In this document: one piece after another, positions 1-9,107 of the stretch
Position numbering within the stretch: the stretch's first letter is position 1
Layout: each line of letters opens with the position of its first letter
Assembly (NCBI RefSeq): GCF_006345805.1
Contig: NW_021824760.1
Span: 1-20,206, forward strand
DNA length: 20,206 bases
Direction: 5' to 3'
DNA from: Octopus sinensis
Lineage: Eukaryota
Notes under the pieces: model-generated
What the model was told of the DNA's origin: nothing
Seen by the model: only the letters and a program-made list of their open reading frames with translations
The model's database searches: none
Position numbers and translations under genes: made by a program

Positions 1-180
1 CTCCCTGCACATTCTAACATGTTCGTTCACAGTTCTTTCATTGTTGCTGTTCACTTCATGTTTTGATATTTCAATATCGTACAATATATTGGTGTACAAA
101 TATATTATATGCATTCCCTTTGTCTATTGCTACATCACAGTGCATTAAAGATTGCTGCACACCATATTGTATTGCTTCGA

Positions 181-200
181 CATTGCATTGCATTGCATTG
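181..200. repeat. (CATTG)4 pentanucleotide microsatellite
   Basis: cattgcattgcattgcattg read directly. Confidence 0.9.
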
Positions 201-719
201 TAGTGTTGTCTTTGTCTGCCCTTGTGGCTTCGCAAAGTTATTATCCCTTTATCATTAGCTTTCGCTCAAACAACAAAATAGCAGCCGATCAACTACAAGA
301 AGAACAATGAAAATATTAAGGTAAAAAATAAAGAAATTAATCACACAGACATGCGTTCAAAATATAAACAAATGAAACAACCACCACCATTGCAACAAGG
401 ATATCAATGAAGAAGCAAAAATGTAGAACTCATTTAGACAAAGGATTGTCATCACATCAAGCCACTTTGCATTGCGAAGGCAGCACAAGCCCGTTGTCTT
501 TTCTCTTTTGTTTTAAATGCCTTTCAACATCTCAATAGGTTCAATTAGTGGCGGATACTGAGATGCTGGAAATCTGTGTCGATTCTGTAGATCTTTTGTG
601 CCATGTTCTGCATGGGAAACAATTGAATGGAGGAGGGACGGATGGATGGTCGAACAGACAGGACTGACAAACAGATGGACGAGCGGTTTTGGTGGCCGGA
701 CACACATACATTTGCTTTT

Positions 720-1025
720 TGCATATGTGAACATACACACACATACACAAACACACACATATATTTACAAACACACATGCACACTCACACACACGTGCAC
801 ACAAATTCATGCACACACATACACACAAACATATTTTTAAAAATTAAAACACCTGGCTGTGGGTGAAATAATAAGGTAAACATTTTTCTATGCCATGTGT
901 GTATATACGTGTGTGTGTATGTGCATAAGTATATATATATATATATGTGCATGTGTGTGTGTGTATATATACACACACACACACACACACGCATATATAT
1001 ATATATATACACACACACACATGAG
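720..1025. repeat. Compound (CA)n/(TA)n/(TG)n microsatellite
   Basis: Alternating purine-pyrimidine dinucleotide runs; the overlapping ORFs are H/T/Y/I/C/V artefacts. Confidence 0.9.
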
Positions 1026-1274
1026 TACATATTTGATGATGGGTTGCAATCGTCCCAAACAACTGCAGCCCCTATTAGCATATATGTATACATTTATGTG
1101 CTTTTCCTACAGCATTAAGAGCATTTTTGCTCTTATTTCTAGCAATGTAGATGCCTTGACACCCTTAATCATGTTTAGTGATGATTGTATTTTTCCTTTA
1201 TGTATCACGTTGTGTCTTCCTGTTTATATTCATTTATATAAATATATATATATCAAATTGAGTGATATATTTAC

Positions 1275-1446
1275 TTCTTTATTGCCCACAAGGGGCTGAA
1301 TAAACATAGAGGGGACAAACAAGGACAAAGGCATTACGTCGATTACATGGACCCCATTGCATAACTGGTACTTATTTAAATGACTCCGAAAGAATGAAAG
1401 GCAAAGTCGACCTCGGCAGAATTTGAACTCAGAACCTAATGGCAGA
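1275..1446 (-). mobile_element. SINE family B (tail type B1), 5'-truncated
   Basis: Reverse complement aligns with the copies at 9882-10105 and 13743-13974 (B-box gagttcaaattc, core tttgcctttcattctttcgg, tail agccccttgtgggcaataaagaa). Confidence 0.85.
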
Positions 1447-1634
1447 GGAGGAATGTATTATCTGGGCAGATACCATGTTAGGTCTCAGCTTGGTTCCAAA
1501 GACTGGCTGACCACAATGGTCAGTGTTTAATGTTTATGTTGGCAATTAGAAATAACAACACCCCTATCTAAGAGAAATTTACCTCTCTAACTAAGAGAGA
1601 TTTAGCTCAACCAGCCCCCTTTTGGAGAGGACCA

Positions 1635-1713
1635 AATGGAGAGACCCTGATGACACTGCACTGACAATATTGCATAGTTGCAGCAGCTGCAATGGAAACA
1701 CGTGTCGGACATT
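1635..1713 (+). ncRNA. Type-I hammerhead ribozyme motif (Penelope/retrozyme-like)
   Basis: CTGATGA 1647-1653; stem II cactgca 1654-1660 / tgcaatg 1688-1694 (one mismatch); GAAAC 1695-1699; palindromic stem III ACACGTGT 1698-1705; GTC cleavage triplet 1704-1706; stem I short (CC/GG plus a possible distal AATG/CATT). Confidence 0.55.
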
Positions 1714-1720
1714 GTAATAT

Positions 1721-2008
1721 TGTTTGTTCCTTCTCGAGCCACGCCTGGTTCATTAGGGCCGGTTTCCTGGTTTCTTTGGCATATAGGTTCCCCACCTGGA
1801 TGGAATGCTGGTCTGTTGCAGGTGAGCTGCATGATGCAAGAGGAAAGAGTGAGAGAAAGTTGTGGCGATAGAGTCAGCAGAAGTTTGCCATTACCTTCTG
1901 CTGGAGCCGCATGGAGCTTAGGTGTTTCACTCATAAACACACACATAGAACACGCGATCCCTCGACCATGAGTCTGCTGCTCTAACCACTAGGCCATGTG
2001 CCTCCACT
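1721..2008 (-). mobile_element. tRNA-derived SINE family C with 11-bp TSD
   Basis: Minus-strand head tggaggcacatggcctagtggttagagcagcagac with A-box TGGCCTAGTGG; flanked by a perfect direct repeat CATTGTAATAT at 1710-1720 and 2009-2019. Confidence 0.8.
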
Positions 2009-2084
2009 CATTGTAATATGCTGTAAATAAATTTTGTGGATGTACAAGTGTCAATACTCATTATCATATATAAGCAGCGACTCC

Positions 2085-2134
2085 GTCTAAGAATATCTGA
2101 AGAAGGAATATTATTCCAAAATATCATATCAGAC
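2085..2134 (+). ncRNA. Minimal type-I hammerhead motif, probably inactivated (G12>A)
   Basis: ATAT 2093-2096 / ATAT 2126-2129 stem I; CTGAAGA 2097-2103 plus an extra A; perfect stem II GGAAT-att-ATTCC 2105-2117; AAAA where GAAA is expected (2118-2121); palindromic ATAT stem III; C17 at 2125; distal GTCT 2085-2088 / AGAC 2131-2134. Confidence 0.5.
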
Positions 2135-2206
2135 TATGGATGGCTAAATTACAACAGGTATATAGCCCATTGTCTGTATTACACACAAACACACACACAC
2201 ACACAC

Positions 2207-2282
2207 ATAAACACTCACAACACTCAGTCTGGGAATCGAAACTGCGAGCCCCTTGCCCTAACCACTAGGCCATTGCGCCTCT
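2207..2282 (-). mobile_element. SINE family C-related tRNA head fragment
   Basis: Minus strand agaggcgcaatggcctagtggttagggc...gtttcgattccc shows A- and B-box-like motifs and matches the head of 1721-2008. Confidence 0.7.
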
Positions 2283-2290
2283 GGATCCAT

Positions 2291-2325
2291 CTAGCTGGGA
2301 AGCAAACTCCTTACCATACAGCAAT
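2291..2325 (-). mobile_element. SINE family A head fragment
   Basis: Minus strand gctgtatggtaaggagtttgcttccca resembles the family A heads at about 9560, 10386 and 19740. Confidence 0.4.
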
Positions 2326-2349
2326 TTTTGCAGAAAGCTTTGCATTTCC

Positions 2350-2730
2350 TTTGCTAAGCCTTGGCATTTTCTCCTTGAATTCCCTGTTCTATAACCACAC
2401 CATTCATATCTGCAGACTCAGCTTCATCTATGAAGGTGCACTCTTTTGAGATCTTGCTGCAGATGCTAATATCCGCTCATCTTAACTTCAATCTTATGAT
2501 CTGTCTGTACAGTAAAATCCCATGAGTCCTTAAACCGAACATCCCCTGTCACACTTTGTGGAGCTAGTACCATTTTCTTCCTACTTCAAAACCGTTCTGA
2601 TTATTTTGTTTTTGATATTTGAGTGCAATGCTTTGGCTAAACAATTGAGTCTACGCTTATATTCTTTCTGCCAAGATGTACGCAAGTACTTATGCGCACA
2701 ACAGTCATCTTTCTAGTTACAGATTGTGCA
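2350..2730 (-). mobile_element. Decayed C-terminal region of an RLE-type (R4/Dong-like) non-LTR retrotransposon
   Basis: Manual translation across stops and frameshifts: CTICN*KDDCCAH...WQKEYKRRLNCLAKALH / NGFEVGRKWY / APQSVTGDVRFKDSWDFTVQTDHKIE / ADISICSKISKECTFID. This follows the order of the CCHC knuckle and PD..D restriction-like endonuclease motifs. Confidence 0.7.
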
Positions 2731-3000
2731 CTTATTATTATTTTTATCATTATTTTTATCATTATTTTTATTATTACTATTACTGTTGAAGTTATTATTA
2801 TTATCATCATCATCATCATTATTATTATTATTGTTATTATTATTATTATTATTATCTTTATGATTATTATTATTATTATTGTTATTATTATTACTATTAC
2901 TGTTGATGTTATTATTATTATTGTTGCTATTATTACCAGCATCATCATCATAAACAATTATTATTATTATTACTATTATTATTATTATTATAATTTTTTT
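2731..3000. repeat. (ATT)n/(ATC)n compound trinucleotide microsatellite
   Basis: Read directly; source of the poly-I, poly-N and poly-Y ORFs. Confidence 0.95.
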
Positions 3001-3107
3001 TTTGATAACCATGTCCCGCAGTTTGTTTTAGTGGATTAAGATAACGTATGGTTTCACAATTGATAAAAAAAAAATTAATTCTAAAACACAAAAAAAAAAC
3101 TGTAGAG

Positions 3108-3148
3108 ATGTCTGAAGATTAATTATGTTATTTTAAAACGAGTCACAT
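3108..3148 (+). ncRNA. Possible degenerate hammerhead remnant
   Basis: ATGT-CTGAAGA...AAAAC-GA-GTC-ACAT: 4-bp stem I and core order are present, but G12 is absent and stem II is weak. Confidence 0.22.
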
Positions 3149-3149
3149 A

Positions 3150-3198
3150 CATGTGTGCACACACATGTACATGCACGTGCACACACACACACACACAG

Positions 3199-3241
<43 letters not shown>

Positions 3242-3275
3242 ACACACACATGCATGAACACACAAACATTCACAC
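3150..3275. repeat. (CA)n microsatellite
   Basis: Read directly. Confidence 0.95.
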
Positions 3276-3351
3276 ACGTTTGGCTACCAGTTTTTATTTC
3301 TTTGTCTGACACACTAATGATTTCTGCTAGCCTGTCACTCTATCTTAAAAT

Positions 3352-3627
3352 ATAATAATAATAGTAATAGTAATAGTAATAATAATAATAATGATAATAA
3401 TAATATTAATAATGATCCTTTTTACTACAGACATAAGGCCTGAAATTTTTTGGTTGGGGTTAAGTCAATTACATCGACCCCAGTACTCAGCTGGAACTTA
3501 ATTTATCAACCCCGAAAGGATGAAAGGTAAAGCTGATCTTGGTGGAATTTGAACTCAAACATCAGGACAGACAAATTGCCACTAAGTATTTTGTTTGGTG
3601 TGTTAATGTTTCTGTCGGCTCACTGCC
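3352..3627 (-). mobile_element. SINE family B (tail type B2) with (TTA)n tail
   Basis: Core ccccgaaaggatgaaaggtaaag and B-box ggaatttgaactc (plus-strand reading) are shared with family B; distinct tail tactacagacataaggcctgaaa; AAT run at 3352-3413. Confidence 0.8.
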
Positions 3628-3637
3628 TGCTGCCTTG

Positions 3638-3877
3638 ATAATAATAATAATAATAATAATAATAATGCTTTCTACTAAAGGCACAAGGCCTGCAATTTTG
3701 GGGGAGGAGACTCATTGATTACATCGGCCCCAGTGTTTCACTGGTACTTAATTTATTGACCCCGAAAGGATGAAAGGCAAAGTCATCCTCGGCGGAATTT
3801 GAGCTCAGAACACAAAGACGGACGAAATACCGTTAAGTATTTTGCCTGGCACACCAACGTTTCCACCAGCTTGCCAC
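3638..3877 (-). mobile_element. SINE family B (tail type B2) with (TTA)n tail, tandem to the previous copy
   Basis: Same layout: ttctactaaaggcacaaggcctg tail, core ccccgaaaggatgaaaggcaaag, head ending ccagcttgcc. Confidence 0.8.
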
Positions 3878-3883
3878 ATCAGC

Positions 3884-3926
<43 letters not shown>

Positions 3927-3960
3927 GTAATAATAACAATAATAACAACAACAGCAACAA
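3884..3960. repeat. (AAT)n to (AAC)n microsatellite
   Basis: Read directly. Confidence 0.95.
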
Positions 3961-4524
3961 CAAGCGCACTCAGAAAATGTAAACTTCTGCCATGGCAACA
4001 CCAACATCCTCTCAATGATTAGATGATTTTTAAAATAGAAATATTTGAAATTAACTTGACTGCTCTCACAAACGAGTGTACTAAAAATGAATCTGACTGC
4101 TCTCAAAAATTAAGTAAATAGAACGGAAAAATAATCCAGAATTCTTGTTTGGTACCTAATTGATCCCATTGGTAGAAAATTTAGTAACAGTAATAAATAG
4201 TTTATCCTTATCTAATACAAGCCAAAGTTAACAAATTCACTATTCGAAATAGTTACAGCCTAAAGGGAGATCATTGAGAAAGACTTGAAAGTTAACATAA
4301 GATCATAATCATGTAAAGTAAAGTAAATATAACAAATGATCCAGAATCCTTGTCTGGTATCAGATCGATCCCAAAATATAATCAGTTCATGCCAGTCACA
4401 AGGCTAAACATCTCTGAAAGTTTCATCCGAATCCATCCAACAGTTCTTGAGATATCTTGTCCATGGACAAACAAACAAATGCAACTGAAAATAATACCTC
4501 CACTTTAGCGAAAGCGGAGGTAAT
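3959..4524. mobile_element. Non-autonomous Helentron/HINE-like element with terminal hairpin
   Basis: One end AACAAG with subterminal acttctgccatgg (a degenerate match to the hairpin arm); internal (ACAA)n at about 4467-4479; other end has hairpin tacctcc-a-cttt-agcg-aaag-c-ggaggta 4495-4522. Class assignment is inferred from this architecture. Confidence 0.5.
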
Positions 4525-5139
4525 AACCAAAGCATACCAAGGCAACCCTCGTGGTAGCACCAGTTTGCTATGGTACTCCATTTTTTGAGAATTACTAATG
4601 CTCAGTGTTACCGTAGTGAAGAGTTGTGCAGTGCCAGTCATGAGATGATGATGATGGTGATGATAATGATGAGGAAGAATTGCAGATATTTCAAAGTTAA
4701 GTGTTTTGGCCTCCAAAACATGACCACTGTGTCCTTGTAATAGAATAGGATATAATCTGCTGATCTCTATCATTCATCTTTTTTTTTTCTGGAGACCTGT
4801 GGATAGCTTAAGCACACACACACACCACACACACACACACATATACACAAATACACACACATTGGTAAACAAAATAAAATCAGCATAACAACAACAACAA
4901 CCACAATAACAGCAAACACGCGATCTTCCTGTAACAGCATTTCAATAACGGTTTTACTCTCATGCTTGTTGTGGTCAAAATACGCTGTGTGTCTTCTCCT
5001 CCTCCTCCACCACCTACCTCTCCTTGCACCCCACTCTCATCTCTACCACCCACCACCACCACCACTTAAAATCCCATCTCGTTAATTATATCAAAACAGG
5101 AAATTATTTTCTGCATGTCTCCAGTAATTAACTTAGACA

Positions 5140-5797
5140 TGGATAATCTGTCTCATGCACATACGTGTGTATGTGTATATGTCTCCGTATGTGAGTGTTT
5201 GTGTGTGTACATATATGTGTGTGTGTGTATATGCGAGTATGTATATATATATATATGTGCATAAATGGTGTGCATGTATGTGTGTGTGTATATATATATA
5301 TATACATATATATGTGTGTATGTGCGTAAACCTGTAAGTACCTATGTATATACATATGTATATATATATATCATGTACATGCATCTCTATATATTTGTGT
5401 GCTATGTATGTATATAGCTATATATATTTACATACACTCATATATGTGTATATATATAAAAATATAGTTACAAACACATACACATATATACATATACATA
5501 TGTATGTCCGTGTATACACATACACACACACCTACACACTATTACAAATACCTGTATGTAGATAGATATCAAAGTGCTGTGTAACTAACACTGTTATCAT
5601 ATAATCACATGTGTGTATAATATGTTTTCATATATGTATGAATATGTATATTTGTATATGCATATATATATATGTATATATATATATGTATATATTATAT
5701 ATATACATGTGTATATATATATGCATGTATATATGTACATATCTATCTATCTATATATGTATGTATATATATATAATATATATATGTACATATTATG

Positions 5798-5833
<36 letters not shown>

Positions 5834-6023
5834 CATGTATGTAACATATATATGTTATATATATGTATGTACATATATATGTATATATATGTATGTACAT
5901 ATATATGTATATATATATGCATGTATGTACATATATATGTATATATATATGTATGTACATATATATGTATATATATATATACATGTATGTACATATATAT
6001 GTATATATATATGTATGTACATA

Positions 6024-6054
<31 letters not shown>

Positions 6055-6061
6055 GTAATGC

Positions 6062-6092
<31 letters not shown>

Positions 6093-6095
6093 TAG
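5140..6095. repeat. Long compound (TA)/(TG)/(CA) microsatellite field
   Basis: About 1 kb of near-continuous purine-pyrimidine alternation with a short break at about 5560-5610. Confidence 0.95.
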
Positions 6096-6551
6096 ATATG
6101 TCATACTTGTGTGATTAACATTCTCACTGATCAAGAACTGATCATAACAGTTTTACAATAATAAAAACCAAACAAAAGAAGCAAAAAAAAAATGAAAAGG
6201 TAAAAATAAAAAGCAGCGCAAAAACGACGATGACAACAACAACAACAACAGCAGCAGCAGCAGCAGCCGCAATAACAACGACAACAGATTTACTTTGATG
6301 AATCCGGAAGGTTCTGGTAGTTATGATTTCTGCTTGTTCTGGCAGTTGCAAATATATTTAGCCAGCGGCTGGCTCGCTCTATAATTGGCTGCAAATCTAA
6401 TGTTGGAAAATGTTAGAAAACTGATAATTGGAATCAAATACAAGCATGTTGCCCTCCCCCCTCTCCCCCCTCTCCCTTGTCTGTCGCCCACCAATCCATC
6501 CTGTGCCAATTTTCCTCTCCCCGCATTCTTGCTTCATTCTACCTGACACCT

Positions 6552-6585
<34 letters not shown>

Positions 6586-6653
6586 CTGCTCGTTCTTTAT
6601 CTCCATCTCGTTTTATCTGTTTTCGTCTCTTTTTCTTTTTGTTAACTTCTCAG

Positions 6654-6686
6654 TACAGTCGCCTCGATTACAGGTGATAAATGAAG
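6654..6686 (+). CDS. Candidate 33-nt symmetric micro-exon (xQSPRLQVINEx)
   Basis: Long polypyrimidine tract ending ttctCAG (AG 6652-6653); donor AAG|GTAAAG at 6687; only one reading frame is open, phase 1 at both ends. No homology recognised. Confidence 0.3.
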
Positions 6687-6909
6687 GTAAAGTTTCTAGA
6701 TGTACGTCTACATTTTGTATTTACTGCTTGTTAAGATTTTGTGTAAACATGACGTTGCTTCAGCCTGGCCATAGCTGAGAATTGTCCCTCTGGTTGGAAA
6801 TAGTTAAGGTGTAAACAATTTTGTTTTTTTTTTTTGGCTTATTTGAAATGAATTAATGAGACACTGGCTGTTGCTGTTTTACTTTGAAAATCTGCTATGT
6901 TTAACTAGA

Positions 6910-7745
6910 GATATAATCAAGTAGAGTTGGGATCAAGCAGAGATGAGATCAAAGAGAGATGGGATCAAGGAGAGATGGGATGAAAGAGATAGGATCAAGA
7001 AGAGATAAGACAAAGCAGTGATAGGACAGAGATAAGAGGAGGCAAAGGTCGGACAAAGCAGAGATGAGACAAAGCAGAAATAAGACAAAGCAGAGATAGG
7101 ACAAAGCAGAAATGAGACAAAGCAAAGATAGGACAAAGCAGAGATAAGATAAGGCAGAGGTAGGACAAAGCAGAGATAGGACAAAACAGAGATAGGACAA
7201 AGCAGAGATGAGATGAGGAATAGGAAGGAAAAAGCAGAGATGGGACAAAATGGAGATAAGACAAAGCATAGATAAGAAGAGAAAGAGGTAAGACAAAGCA
7301 GAGATGAGACAAAGCAGGGATAGGACAAAGCAGATATAAAAGGAAGCAGAGGTAGGACAAAGCAGAGATGAGACAAAGCAGAAATAGGACAAAGCAGAGA
7401 TAGAACAAAGCAGAAATGAGACAAAGCAAAGATAGGACAAAGAGATAAGATAAGGCAGAGGTAGGACAAAACAGAGATAGGACAAAGCAGAGATAAGATG
7501 AGGAAGAGGTAGGACAAAGCAGAGATGGAACAAAACAGAGATAGGACAGAGCAGAGGGCCAAGAAGCGATAGTAACAAACAGAAACAGGATCAAGCAGAG
7601 ATGAGATCATGCAGAGATATGATGAGGAGTCAAGAAGGGATATGATCAAGAATTGATAGGATCAAGCAGAGCTCTTATCAAGTAGATACAGAATCAAGCA
7701 AAGATAGGGTCTAATAGTGACAGGATCAACAAGAGAGAGGATCAA
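6910..7745. repeat. 16-bp purine-rich minisatellite, consensus CAGAGATAGGACAAAG (about 50 units)
   Basis: Consecutive units start at 7091, 7107, 7123, 7139, 7155, 7171 and 7187; the minus-strand ORFs show the matching 16-aa periodicity. Confidence 0.95.
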
Positions 7746-7779
7746 ATGGATATAAGGTCAAGCATTTCCTCGTCCCTTG

Positions 7780-9067
7780 TTCCTGTGTATGTATATGCAT
7801 ATATACATGTATCTGTATATAAGTGTATATGTGTATTTATACTCTCCTGTGTATATAAGTATATGTATCTACATGTGTATATGCATGTGTTAGTTTGTAT
7901 GTGAGTGTGTGTGTGTGTGTGTGTGTGCATGCATTGACACTTGTTCCTGTATGTGTGAAATAAGTGTGTATCTGTGTATATGTGTATGCGTGTGTATCTG
8001 TACTCCTGGATATATATATCTGTGTGTGGGTGTGTGTACATACGCATACATGTTTATATATGTGTGTTTGTGTGTATAAGCGTGTTTTCATTTGTATGCA
8101 TGCATATGTCTGTGTATGCGTGTATATACATCACCTTATCCCTGTTCCTGTATGTGTGTGTATGTGCTTATAATGTGTGTGTATGTGCATATGTGTGTGT
8201 ATGCATGTGTTAGGGCATGTGTGTGTGTGGTTTTGTGTGGTGTATGTATGTGCATCTTTTCTTTCCACCCATTCTTATATATGTATGAATGTATATATAT
8301 GTGTGTGTGTATGTATGTACGTCTGTGTTTGTGTATGTGTGTATGTCTGTATGTATGTTTATGTGTTTATTTCTGTGTTGCTATGTGTCTATATCTGTGT
8401 GTATGTGTGCATGCAGGAAGGATCTTCCAAGCTGTGTGACTGTGTGTGTGTTAATGTGTCTGTTAGCATGTGTGAGTGTGTGTGTGTGTTAATATGAATC
8501 TGTATCTGTGTGTGTGTGTGTGTGTAGGATGTTAATGGAGGTAAACAACTGTCAAGTTGAACTCCATTATCATTGTTGAAGTTTGTTGGTTGTATTTCCT
8601 GATGATGGCTTTTATATAACATCATCGTATTCTCCTCACCACCACTACCACCCTCCTGTCTCTCTCCCTAAATACACACACACATACACACACCTTCACA
8701 TATATACAGACACACAGAGGAACACGTACGTATGTATGTGAATTTGTGAATTTATATATAAACATACAGATATATACTCATTCATACATATGTTTACATA
8801 TATAAATATATACATATATATATATATACACACACACACAAACATGCATGTATTTATTTGTATATATGTGTATATATACACATACACACATGTGCAAATA
8901 AATTTATGTATGTGTGCATACATAAATATATATGCATGTATGAGTATATATATATATGTGTGTGTGTGTGTATATTTGTATGTGTATATACGTGCATATG
9001 TATATATGTATATGTATGTTTGTGTATATGTATGTAGGTGCATATGTATGTATTTAATATATATGTG

Positions 9068-9107
<40 letters not shown>

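Noticed and set aside
221-489. Possible degenerate inverted repeat (cttgtggcttcgcaaagt versus actttgc...gcgaag...cacaag)
   Set aside because: Needs two gaps, does not extend, and has no TSD.
540-668. Plus-strand frame VQLVADTEMLEICVDSVDLLCHVLHGKQLNG after an AG
   Set aside because: Weak pyrimidine tract, no donor before the stop, no recognisable motif.
6360-6374. Palindrome agccag-cgg-ctggct
   Set aside because: A single 6-bp stem is expected by chance in 20 kb.
6933-7649. Three long minus-strand hydrophobic ORFs (238, 209 and 199 aa)
   Set aside because: All three frames are open because the 16-bp unit lacks minus-strand stop codons; the 16-aa periodicity mirrors the DNA repeat. Not a membrane protein.
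6910-7745. CRISPR-like appearance of a regular repeat
   Set aside because: Units are contiguous with no unique spacers, there are no cas genes, and the context is eukaryotic.
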